Below are positions 31,901 to 36,000 of a DNA stretch of 50,251 bases, one piece after another (position 1 is the stretch's first letter; every line of letters starts with the position of its first letter). Origin of the DNA: an uncultured Spartobacteria bacterium (GTDB lineage: Bacteria > Verrucomicrobiota > Verrucomicrobiia > Chthoniobacterales > Chthoniobacteraceae); contig CAIWVL010000043.1 of assembly GCA_903916085.1 (NCBI GenBank), positions 1-50,251 of the forward strand. The letters run 5' to 3'. The notes under the pieces were generated by a model that worked only from the letters and a program-made list of their open reading frames with translations, ran no database searches and had not been told where the DNA came from. The translations under genes and the position numbers were made by a program.

Positions 31901-32678
31901 TCAGCGTTCCAGTGAACGCGGAGTAACTCTGAAAAGGCGTCACAAGCAACGTCAATCGACCCGCGCCAGTCTTCTGAATGTTCACGTAAGGACCAACATC
32001 CAAAAAGGCCTCGGAGGGAGAAGTCCCGTTATTGGAGTCACCAATCCCATTCGTCTCCACCGTGAGCGTTCGAGTAGACTGGGCACTCGACTCCACTCGG
32101 ACTGGCGATGTAGTAGATCCCAATGTGGCACCCCCAGAAGTCGGTGTATTCACGTCATCCTGCGTCAAAGTCCACTGCTGGTTGGCCGACAGCCTTACCG
32201 TGCCGAGAGTCAGGCTCATGCCGTAGGGCAAACTAAGCCCCAGCGTACCCATAATGAGCGGTGGCAGGCCATCCCCATAAGCCACAGCGATATTAAACGA
32301 GGAGTTCACATCCGCCGTCTGGAGGAAAGCAAGGCCGCCCAAGGAAACTGTCGAGAGGGAGCCTGCGCCGAGCGTCAAAATCCCTGTGGTAAACCCACTC
32401 GCGCTGGGCTGCACCGTGACAAGCCCACTGTAGTTGGAGAGCAGCACCTCGCCGGAATCGCTGTCGGTCACGTTTACTGTGCCGGTAGCGTCAATACCAA
32501 CAGCGAAGGCGGACTGCGGCACCGGACCGGTCAACGTCAACACCATGACCAGCAAAACCGAGAGGCTGCGCAGAATGGGGTGCAAGGGCCGAGGCTCAAG
32601 GCGCGAAACACGCGTGAGTCGCTCACGATCGCGATCGTGAGACGCCTGAGCCAAACCAAGGGCTTTCCTAGAATTCAT
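16905..32678 (-). CDS. giant classical (type Va) autotransporter, 5,257 aa, passenger built from PATR beta-strand repeats
   Basis: A single 15,774-nt ORF with an ATG start. It has a long N-region plus a hydrophobic signal (ILRSLSVLLVMVLTLTGPVPQSAFA|VG). The passenger is dominated by the PATR pattern (e.g. LTKSGTGAVTLNTLSTYTGATTISVGSLSLG, LVKTGAATLTLSGVNTYSGATTVSAGIL). A pre-barrel SPGNSPGTLAIGNLTV motif is present, and the C-terminal beta-barrel ends ...AVSVGYAF with a terminal aromatic. Confidence 0.95.
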   Translation of the reverse strand: MNSRKALGLAQASHDRDRERLTRVSRLEPRPLHPILRSLSVLLVMVLTLTGPVPQSAFAVGIDATGTVNVTDSDSGEVLLSNYSGLVTVQPSASGFTTGILTLGAGSLSTVSLGGLAFLQTADVNSSFNIAVAYGDGLPPLIMGTLGLSLPYGMSLTLGTVRLSANQQWTLTQDDVNTPTSGGATLGSTTSPVRVESSAQSTRTLTVETNGIGDSNNGTSPSEAFLDVGPYVNIQKTGAGRLTLLVTPFQSYSAFTGTLSIGAGTVEIFDAFMVGSGTGSAVTYPTLVFNDDRDTSIATLLISGPNAISNVSKATTNSGYGYIKSGFESGVLEFNIAAGTSVSLSNTLADNGDSNSTLAIRKTGAGYLELVPSTSIPSTFTGGLSLEAGILGLARGSAVSASGALASSPYGVGVVTISGGTLRVAASTGISLANALTFDVASNSSATSVAAIIDGTLASNLLTVNADVTVNANTVLTVNSPVKFASGLTGTANLIKTGTSTLTLTTASASAVDPINSGLVVIPSLTLRQGTLALNRGFDGPTDLIFDADSSTTTRQLTGGGSLTSAVSGLGNVALSADLSYAAFSATATTVDLSGASQTTVGGGSLGLATAGTVTLSINSGTLALGSLSPASTLPAALLKSGTGTLQLNGTSLTISGLGISGGTLRFSPSGALTFGGTFFSSGTSTVNVDSGSNVTLSGSVTGAAGFAKLGAGTLTLNGASTYNGTINVGAGTLALGGSATFGATSKIGFTTGGTGRLRLGGNSVALSLASTSDTTPLIENGSSSAAVLTLNGDTTYSGTFQDGIGGGSLSLVKSGTGTLAVTGTANTYTGSTTVSGGSLTAVAGALATTTSLVVSGGTLSIVDYKSSATLAISSGRASISGNGLTLSGAVSNANTTADSLLFSGTTGTITLSAGLTGVGSTRFASNADLGSALSSGSVTVGGSLTLGSLSAGVLTVGGVATLTSATGGTLNLNGSTSSIGTLSGASVVLGASDVVTVSSGTSSGVISGSGALTKAGTDTLTFTAANTYTGLTTVSAGTLAVTGNGIVAGAVANSGRLYFNSTNDRILSGALTGAGALEKAGSNTLTLSNASGFSGASTITAGTLAVNGLIGNGAIANNSTLSFISSSGTYSGTVSGTGVTLLSGTVGSPLTLTLGSGGSLGGTVKIGSYATLTIASGASFTGNVEVTGGTLNLGAANVFSVTSKLTITTGVVDLKGYSQSITDITLTGGTLKSTGASAVVTYDSLTQGATTQSGSVTLSQNSRVELITNGIRLTSGILGNLASGTLGAGTIASGTLVTGTYQFVEARASSTGSTLTFDKAVVATGSVTATVSGGSASAFALAVNAPVTTPLMDVQSGVSASFGANGTLATGTLQIEGDVSLSGNSKTFTNISLNGGSLRNGTAAFTALSASSGSLAATLTGSGDITKSGTGNLSISGASSAYAGTLRLTGGIVTLGDGAALGSVAKVSLESASGTLQLNGNSMTLSSLTGSGVVENGSNQPSILTLNPTSSAILAATLRDGSGGSYLSVVKAGSQALNVTVNQSYTGTTTVSAGSLVLGSGVSLNSTSSMEVTGGNLDLGGNSQALQMFRLSAGTVGGGTLLVDSVYTLTSGVVNAVLGGNGSLTKSGTGAVTLNTLSTYTGATTISVGSLSLGTGGRLGSAGSVTVSAGGFLDLGTSSQTLANVVLSGGAVSGGTISSSTGFNFDTGTANTVLNGSAKLTKSGTGAVTLGQVNAYSGGTELTAGILTAGVNGALPSGGTLTVGGGTLALGTTTQSAGAVVLTGGSLTGGTLNATGYSLSGGTISTVLGGGSAALAVSTGTVNLNTAATYGGGTTVNSGKLALGVSNALSSTGAVSLAGGELSLGTTSQTTGAFTLTGGSLTGGTLTGSSYTLQAGSVTSVLAGTGALVKQNSGTVVLSSANTFSGATTVSGGTLSATVTGALGSTSSIAVNGASLSAVDYNPSATLSLNSTGSATISGGSLSLAAITNADTAANSLYFSATNGTITLASLSGAGSTRFGSNARITSGGVTGGSLIVAGLLTSEISGGAVTAGSLSTGTLSGGVASVTGAASVTTVSNGSLTVGGVATLGSVSGGSLTLNGATSSIDTLNGGSIALGSSDKLTVLAGSTTGPINGGGSLIKSGSGTLTLGGAVALTGGTTVRAGTLAVSSTGSVAGALSLGDSTTAVTDVPTLLLNNVTNSSPITIGSGAASAYTATLGGSNTSGTSVFTGGVTLSAGSLNGVLLQAATGGTVDFQGVWTTNNKPVTVGSSGNAGTIKLSNALATTGSLNITNGSTVLAGTNNVFSTTTPVNITASTLDLGTFNTTAGVVNLVSGNITGGTLTGSLYTAQSGTISAVLAGTGAFSKTGTGTVTLSGANTSYTGTTTVASGGTLAFTGNGTVAGAIVDNGNLNFNTSVDRTLVGVISGTGSLVKDGATTLTLNATPTYTGKTTISAGTLSVTGLLASSLIQNDATLKLNLASSGTYTGTLSGSGTTQLTASAGAVTLSLGSGTVFGATTSTVQINSNVTLSLASNVQMFGNVILNGGILSANAANLSTDPSKLTITSGAVLLTVDSSVTPTTGIYDIQRGIAAVFTSTGSLSSGTLQIEGSVNLSGLSKSLGGISLLGGTLSTGTLSAGSIATTGGVVSTTLGAGFGDITKSGSSTLTVSGSSAAYAGTLHLSDGTTVLGSATALGAGKVAFEGAGVTPVLQMSGNNLSLSTLSIASGGAVIENTSATPSILTLNPSGALAYAGTLRNGVGAGSLAVTMSGTGSATLSGSLGYTGGTTVTAGTLVVGSVLPSGGNATVSGGALDLGGLAHTVGAVSLSGGSLKNGTLTGTSYAVQAGQADVILDGSATFTKTGSGRAVLSGANTLTGLMQVQGGTLAVSGNGKLSTGSLNVSGAASVELGATSQTVAAVTLTSGAINNGSLTGSSYALQSGVVGAALLGTADIVKTGAGTVVLSGANNDSGTTDVQGGTLQVSGSGRLTTGSLKVSGASTVDLGATSQTVGAVLLTTGSINNGTLAGSAFEVQSGVVGAVLAGSGAILNKTTTGTVTLNAANTYDGGTNLASGTLILAVNNALSNSGSLSVNAGVLSLGTTSQSVGTLNLVSGSIAGTGTLVATAFNLQSGAISAALSGSANLTKTTPGSVTLSGANALTGATSMQAGSIVLSGNGSIGTSALTLAGASTLDLGGKTQTVGTVTLTSGTIANGTLTGASFSLDTGVISAVLAGSGTLTQANGTTTLNAVNTFTGAATISSGTLILGNGQALANASSLAINGGSLKFGTGVVSGTLKALSGNLTLVNTDGTAVALTLNAAADNAYSNALSGSGSLVKTGAATLTLSGVNTYSGATTVSAGILVTTAGALANTASIEVNGATFQAVDTNSTATLSVNGSGTATVSGSDLSLAAVSNANTTANSVNFTASTGTITLAGLAGLGSTRFGSNARVNGAGISAGNVTAVGSLAANISGGSVSAANLSAGTLNGGTVNVSGVADVTTMSAGALALNGTAGTINTLNGGGIALATTATLTVRSGSSSGVISGSGSLVKAGTGNLSLTGANTYSGSTQVNAGSLATGSGALANTSAISVNGASLNAVNYNPTATLSVDATGTARVSGTNLTVGALSNANTAADSLVFSGATGTITAASLSGAGSTRFANNATITTGGISNGIVTVGGSLNADITGGVVSSAALTATTVSAGSVNVSGAANVTTISGGALTVGGVATLGTVSNGTLAFNGATASIATLNGGALTLGAANRLTVSAGSTSDLITGTGTLIKAGSGSLTLGTVPSTTVGISVTGGSLISGNLLSSARSVAVSSGATLSLSLGTNANFTGALSGSGTTLLSSSAGAVTLTLGGTATLDGYITLGNNVTLDLSGTTSNIFGPDAHLTLQSGARLLIGGTEQELLSLNIATGGQLVGSTTLSTGKILYGDLPSFVSQDNVVTDTSLVSGTVAFEVLTKTQLLSPGTLKVTAGRVGSGTANMTNLLLEPERATTRVRIDQAVSVGTGSVIAQVNSGSGVATGLVFIDNSVTAQLFQIGTGITATLTQNGTINAAIVDNGAFVVEVTGADKTISRVISGTGSLEKTGIGTATLSSVNSYSGATTLSSGVLVLGNAAGFGTGSVVFNGGGMRYGTGVTTDISSRIAALASGTFASVDTNGNNVTFASALTGAGGLTKSGLGNLLLTGSNTFSGSIAVNAGTLQIGASGTTGSIASDVTIASGAVLRFARSNSLGFSNAIGGAGTVEKTGAGTTTLSGNNTFTGGVVLNDGVLALGGSSALGTSGTLSFNGGTLQFSGTNAVDYSSRISTSAGQSVKIDTNGMAATFAAAFGASDTTLLKMGSGTLTLTADNLYTGATTIAAGTLELVGNQSGHSAVLLNGGNLQYTLSDAQVAAGTVTSSASTNVVFSVASGSATFNGLVTGAGLLQKSGAGSLNVSQSQTQTGGVTVGAGTLNLGTSVRIGGAINIASGAVLNASAGILDRAAILNIAGNLQLGNTTTFVNSINLSSTSTVTLSADVASNPDAFATLYAVTVTGTLAGGTNSTSQAFVGTFIQPANGPATIGGPLRGSVTGIPSGSILNLQSNGGYRVTLDDTMTLGSLTADSGVNLAITHAVNVTGAVAINGGTFTLSSSLSAGSIQFGGVSAVSGTLSGTASITATKSATSDGSINVLGGSNLTLSGSSSITASELSVKGGAIVTLNNPNALQNVGVIQIGTANSGTLTIAAGTLNLANNQILKGTGTINGSVNVASGSTLSPGNSPGTLAIGNLTVGSGGQLVLEHGKGTNVDHLTGTSLTFAAGSTLVVVDYDRSLLSGGTVYQPFLGVTTVTGTATNVEVRVRLGADTGTVGDTGVTYQTAASAAYSATVVSGTVTVNRSPLQSLGSFNGNVQKFAQAVNARQLSLASQSTFSVSAVDEIGTGTTRSLALSNLASQLAAANPSGYAELAGLSTQRTLNVNQGLVGHFASLRAGLIDAAEGEFNLWTTGYGTWQKQNGNASMGTAGYSGNSAGDLFGVEKRLGNLLLGVTGAGGHTSASFSNVSGSVSTDSWHGGAYATANVGHYVLESGAFYGGTDTTARRSINASGLTSRQGRLKVSGSEWLLHAGLARPLNASEKLTITPSARVIAQGQTLDGAQESDMGGLEVATARQKTYTVLHQVGVEARRKLTVASKPATASLQLDWIHDYNNKGKNLDMTLASDATTTAAFKGSDAGADAIRIGGAVEAALTRRSTLRLTLDYQAQSKAAVTNGAVSVGYAF
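16908..17741 (-). other. autotransporter beta-barrel translocator domain
   Basis: From FNLWTTGYGTWQKQ... to ...VSVGYAF (~278 aa) there are alternating amphipathic strands, and the sequence aligns by eye with the barrel of the second autotransporter at 48988-49830. Confidence 0.8.
21291..21932 (-). repeat. autotransporter super-module A, copy 4
   Basis: ANTSAISVNGASLNAVNYNPTATLSVDA...SNANTAADSLVFSGATGTITA...GSTRFANNATITTGG. The STRF anchor is at 21705-21716. Confidence 0.65.
21933..22574 (-). repeat. autotransporter super-module A, copy 3
   Basis: ANTASIEVNGATFQAVDTNSTATLSVNG...SNANTTANSVNFTASTGTITL...GSTRFGSNARVNGAG. The STRF anchor is at 22347-22358. It is directly tandem with copy 4, with a period of 642 nt. 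Confidence 0.65.
24300..25497 (-). repeat. autotransporter super-modules B+C, copy 2
   Basis: B: FTGNGTVAGAIVDNGNLNFNTSVDRTLVGVISGTGSLVKDGATTLTL... C: GTLQIEGSVNLSGLSKSL...SAAYAGTLHLSDG...PSILTLNPSGALAYAGTLRNGVGAG... It is collinear with copy 1 but with indels. Confidence 0.5.
26205..26846 (-). repeat. autotransporter super-module A, copy 2
   Basis: GSTSSIAVNGASLSAVDYNPSATLSLNS...TNADTAANSLYFSATNGTITL...GSTRFGSNARITSGG. The STRF anchor is at 26619-26630. Confidence 0.6.
28050..29556 (-). repeat. autotransporter super-modules B+C, copy 1
   Basis: B: VTGNGIVAGAVANSGRLYFNSTNDRILSGALTGAGALEKAGSNTLTL... C: GTLQIEGDVSLSGNSKTF...SSAYAGTLRLTGG...PSILTLNPTSSAILAATLRDGSGG... Edges are approximate. 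Confidence 0.5.
29496..30137 (-). repeat. autotransporter super-module A, copy 1 (~214 aa)
   Basis: ATTTSLVVSGGTLSIVDYKSSATLAIS...SNANTTADSLLFSGTTGTITL...GSTRFASNA... The STRF anchor is at 29907-29918. Edges are approximate. Confidence 0.6.
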
Positions 32679-32713
32679 GTGGGTGGAGAAAAAAGCGGAC
32701 GGGCGGACGAGTG

Positions 32714-32756
32714 GGCAAAAGACGCAACTAGCCCCCGAAGCGGGGGAAGCTAGTTG
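32714..32756 (-). terminator. terminator-like hairpin + U-tract between ldt and the autotransporter start
   Basis: 32725-32756 forms an 8-bp outer stem (CAACTAGC/GCTAGTTG), a 3-nt bulge and a 5-bp inner stem (CCCCG/CGGGG) with a 3-nt loop. On the - strand it is followed by GCGUCUUUUGCC. It lies 95 nt after the ldt stop, and the U-tract ends only ~35 nt before the autotransporter ATG. It could instead be a leader or attenuator structure. Confidence 0.5.
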
Positions 32757-32851
32757 AGTGCCAAGGGACGAAGTAGCTGGAAACTATTTTAGCCGGGCTT
32801 TACCGACGAACAGTGCGCAAGAACTTTTAGCCGAGGGCGAAGATAAGGACG

Positions 32852-33460
32852 CTACGGTTCAATGGTCACCGGCGTGCCGACTTCCACACTATTGAAGAAC
32901 GACTCCGCCATAAAACGCGGCATCCGAATGCACCCGTGCGAGGCCGGATAGCCTGGCAGGAAACCCTCGTGCATCCCCACCCCACCGGTGATCCGCATAA
33001 AAAACGGCATCTTTGCGCCGTCAAACTTTGCTCCAGGCGGCATCGCATCCTTGGAACGATCGATGTCCCGTTTGATGACGCCGCCTTTGGCGTCTACATA
33101 ATCACCGTACAATGAGGATTTGTGGTCTTTATCTTTCTGAATGATTTTGTAGTTACCGCGTGGGGTACCGAAACCTTCGCGGCCCGTGGAAATGGTAGAT
33201 ACGCCGACCAATTCGCCCGCCTTGTAAAAGTAAGCCCTCTGATGGCTTAGGCGAATGACTAAGCTGGGAGCTCCCGCCACTCCGTCGCCGTCCCAGTGGG
33301 AGTAATTGTCGAAATTTTTACGATCCCCATCTCGGGCATTGTAGCCCCCTAGATAGACGGTCTCATCTTTATAGCGAAGATCCGTCGTTTGGCAGCCGAC
33401 CTGCATTAAGGCGGCGGCACACAACAGAAGCGAAAGAAGCAGTCCTTTCAGTGAGGGCAT
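32852..33460 (-). CDS. L,D-transpeptidase (YkuD domain) lipoprotein
   Basis: The ORF extends to 33529, but ATG 33458-33460 gives a textbook lipoprotein signal, MPSLKGLLLSLLLCAAALMQVG|C. The YkuD catalytic motif is GMHEGFLPGYPASHGCIRM. Confidence 0.9.
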   Translation of the reverse strand: MPSLKGLLLSLLLCAAALMQVGCQTTDLRYKDETVYLGGYNARDGDRKNFDNYSHWDGDGVAGAPSLVIRLSHQRAYFYKAGELVGVSTISTGREGFGTPRGNYKIIQKDKDHKSSLYGDYVDAKGGVIKRDIDRSKDAMPPGAKFDGAKMPFFMRITGGVGMHEGFLPGYPASHGCIRMPRFMAESFFNSVEVGTPVTIEP

Positions 33461-33569
33461 GGGGTAGAGGTAGCTACGGGGGGTGGGTAAGACAGACAAA
33501 GATAGCACACAGCACCGATAATAAAACATGGAAAATCTCCCCTTCCGGCCGCATCAATCGTCATTAGCT

Positions 33570-34235
33570 ATGCACAAGCCCCGCGCTCTCATCACCTGCG
33601 GCCCCAGCATCACACCCATCGACGCGGTGCGACGTATCACCAACTTTTCCACCGGAGCCCTAGGCGTGCATCTCGCCGAATGCCTCGCCGAATACGGCTG
33701 GCAGGTCACCTGCCTTAAAGGAAGCGCCGCCACCCATCGCCATCCAGAGGGTCCCCACATCGCCGTGCGTGAGTTCACCACCAACCACGATTTGGCGGCC
33801 CTCCTCGCCTCCGAACCCGAGCCAGAACACGTGAGCGCTGTTTTCCACGCCGCCGCCCTTGCCGACTACGAGGTCTCGAGCGTGCGCACCCTTGAGGGCG
33901 AACTCCTCGAGGCCCGGAAAATTTCCAGCCGCCATCCCGGCCTAGAACTCACCCTGACGCCCGCCCCCAAACTCCTTCCCAAACTCAGCACCCTTTTTCC
34001 AAGAGCACACATCGTAGGCTGGAAGTTTGAGCTCGAAGGGGACACGCATTCTGCGTTGGAAAAAGGGCGCACGCAATTGAGCGAAAACCATTCAGCGTTG
34101 TGCATAATCAACGGACACGCCTTTGGAGAGGGCTTCGGCCTGCTCAATCCCGAGGGTACCCTCCAAACCCTGCCCACGCGTGCGGCCCTCTGCGTGCGTC
34201 TGGCCGAATGGGCTGGGACGCTGGTGGCGGAATAG
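33570..34235 (+). CDS. stand-alone CoaB-like phosphopantothenate--cysteine ligase (DFP domain) protein
   Basis: The ORF starts at 33528. I prefer ATG 33570 (MHKPRALITCGPSITPIDAVRRITNFSTGALG), which matches the CoaB signature ITAGxTxExIDPVRxIxNxSSGxxG. AALADYEV corresponds to the AAVADY motif. No CoaC flavoprotein half is attached. Confidence 0.7.
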   Translation: MHKPRALITCGPSITPIDAVRRITNFSTGALGVHLAECLAEYGWQVTCLKGSAATHRHPEGPHIAVREFTTNHDLAALLASEPEPEHVSAVFHAAALADYEVSSVRTLEGELLEARKISSRHPGLELTLTPAPKLLPKLSTLFPRAHIVGWKFELEGDTHSALEKGRTQLSENHSALCIINGHAFGEGFGLLNPEGTLQTLPTRAALCVRLAEWAGTLVAE

Positions 34236-34327
34236 ACAGGGAGGTTCGGATTGGCAAAAGCGCGTGCCCTCGCCGCCGGGAGTGCCAGCGGCGGATCGTA
34301 GCCAATGCAGGCCCATCTTGATCCCGC

Positions 34328-35275
34328 TTAAAACACGACCGGGGTTCCCTCCTGCATCCAGGCGATGCGCCCTTCCAACCCGCGAGCGCGGGCGGCAGCG
34401 AGGAGACGTCGGGGCGGTTCATCCAGAGGTTCGTAAGAAAGCCGGAAGGTTCCGAAGTGCATGGGGACCATCCACTTCGCGTCGAGCCTCACAAAGGCGT
34501 CAAGGGCTTCCTCCGGATTCATGTGTACCCGACGCAGACTAGGCGGCTCGTAAGCGCCAATGGGCAGGAGCGCCACATCTACAGGAAAGCGCCGTCCAAT
34601 TTCTTCAAACCCCTCAAAGTAAGCGGTGTCGCCACAGTGATAAATCACTCGTCCTCCGGTTTCGATGATGTACCCACCAAAGCCACGGTGAGAGTCATGG
34701 AGCATACGTGCCCCCCAATGACGACAAGGAGTGAGAGTCACTTTGAGCGGACCGAATTCAAAACTTTCCCAATAATGCAGCTCTTGCACCATTTGAAACC
34801 CAAGATCATGCACAAGATTGCCCACTTCAAACGGGACAACCACCGGTTGATTGGCCGCGACGCCCCGCAAAGTACGCCGGTCAAGATGATCAAAATGCGC
34901 ATGCGTGATCAGCACCAGATCTATACCTGGCAAGGCATTAAGCTCCACACCAGGATGACGCATTCGCTTGATACCTTTTAACCAGTTCCCCCAAATCGGA
35001 TCTATCAGCACATTGAACCCTGCGGCCTGCAACAAAAAGGAAGCATGGCCAATCCAAGTCAACGCGACTTCCGGAGGCTCAAGCGTCGGCCATTCTGGCC
35101 GCAAAGATTCGCCCTCTCTCTTCTTAAAGAGCGATGGAAGAAGAATTTCCGTGACGGGATTGCGCTTCATCCAACCGGCTTCAGGCTTGAGCGCCACTTT
35201 TTCGCCAAGCAACTCCTCAGGCCCGGCTTCGGCACCCTGAACACCGGAGACAGCTGACTTACGGATTTCCGCCAT
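34328..35275 (-). CDS. MBL-fold metallo-hydrolase (NAPE-PLD / Lactamase_B_2-like)
   Basis: LTWIGHASFLLQAAGFNVLIDPIW ... IDLVLITHAHFDHLD (HxHxDH) ... YHCGDTAY. The track start at 35335 is GTG and encodes an implausible W/R/C-rich leader. ATG 35273-35275 (MAEIRKS) is preferred, and a later ATG (MKRNPV) is also possible. Confidence 0.8.
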   Translation of the reverse strand: MAEIRKSAVSGVQGAEAGPEELLGEKVALKPEAGWMKRNPVTEILLPSLFKKREGESLRPEWPTLEPPEVALTWIGHASFLLQAAGFNVLIDPIWGNWLKGIKRMRHPGVELNALPGIDLVLITHAHFDHLDRRTLRGVAANQPVVVPFEVGNLVHDLGFQMVQELHYWESFEFGPLKVTLTPCRHWGARMLHDSHRGFGGYIIETGGRVIYHCGDTAYFEGFEEIGRRFPVDVALLPIGAYEPPSLRRVHMNPEEALDAFVRLDAKWMVPMHFGTFRLSYEPLDEPPRRLLAAARARGLEGRIAWMQEGTPVVF

Positions 35276-35402
35276 AGACCATCTGCGTGCGCGGTTTGCC
35301 ACAGTGCACCAGCGTAATCCGATCGTGTCGTTCACGCAAAACCAAACCCACTCGAATTCTCAGCTTTACGCTCCTGCGTCTCGCTTCATTTTTACAGATG
35401 CC

Positions 35403-35945
35403 ATGCCCCACTCCAAACCGGCTTTGCGCCGCCAAATGCGCGCCCAACTCAGGGCGGAGCTACCACACAGGGACACCCGCTCTGCTGCCCTCTGCGAACA
35501 AATCCGCCGCCTTCCCGCTTGGGCTGGAGCGCGCACCGTCGGGTTGTTCGCACCACTCCCTGAGGAGCCCGATCTACTCGCCCTATTGGAGCACCACGAC
35601 AAACGCTTCGTCTTTCCGAGTATACAAGGCACCACACTCCATTGGCGGGTTGCGACGCATGCCGAACAACTCCTTCCTGTGGAGGCTATGGGGAGCCGCG
35701 TTTTACGGGAACCAACGGCGGGAGAGCCCGTGGATCTTGGGGCGATCGAGTTGCTTCTAGTTCCGGGCCTGGCGTTCACCACAGAGGGAGTGCGCCTCGG
35801 CCGAGGCGGCGGTTATTACGACCGAGTGCTGGCATCCTTGCCTCGCCACACCCTGAGCGTAGGCATTTGCCACGCGTTCCAGGTGTTAGGCAGCCTCCCC
35901 ACCGAAGCTCACGACCTTCCCGTGGCGTGCGTTCTGTATGCCTGA
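35403..35945 (+). CDS. 5-formyltetrahydrofolate cyclo-ligase
   Basis: The ORF starts at 35304 (GTG). ATG 35403 gives MPHSKPALRRQMRAQL..., the usual start of the family. The C-terminal signature LLVPGLAFTTEGVRLGRGGGYYDRVL is present. Confidence 0.85.
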   Translation: MPHSKPALRRQMRAQLRAELPHRDTRSAALCEQIRRLPAWAGARTVGLFAPLPEEPDLLALLEHHDKRFVFPSIQGTTLHWRVATHAEQLLPVEAMGSRVLREPTAGEPVDLGAIELLLVPGLAFTTEGVRLGRGGGYYDRVLASLPRHTLSVGICHAFQVLGSLPTEAHDLPVACVLYA

Positions 35946-36000
35946 GCCGGCCACCACCCTCCCAGTCTTCCCCTTGAGTCCCAACGACCGCGTCCCCACT

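Noticed and set aside
17890-32226. Many long + strand ORFs (e.g. 20932-21882, 21991-22875, 23008-23874, 26062-26796, 29596-30087) antisense to the giant autotransporter gene.
   Set aside because: They are the mirror image of a G/T/S/A-rich repetitive coding frame in GC-rich DNA. Their translations are low-complexity P/V/A/L strings with no domains. They repeat with the same periodicity as the sense repeats, and the sense frame is one uninterrupted 15.8-kb ORF with clear homology signatures.
33461-33569. ORF-track extensions of ldt (to 33529) and of the CoaB-like gene (from 33528), which would make the two divergent genes overlap at their 5' ends.
   Set aside because: Internal ATGs give a canonical lipoprotein signal for ldt and a family-typical N-terminus for the CoaB-like gene. 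The extensions encode implausible peptides.
34273-34294. GC hairpin (CCGCCG / CGGCGG, 10-nt loop) between the convergent CoaB-like and MBL genes, considered as a bidirectional terminator.
   Set aside because: The stem is only 6 bp, with no U-tract on either strand. That is too weak to call.
35276-35402. I looked for a 6S RNA gene immediately upstream of the 5-formyl-THF cyclo-ligase gene, the classical ssrS-ygfA linkage.
   Set aside because: Only ~127 nt of spacer is available, and I could not find an extended helix or bubble there.
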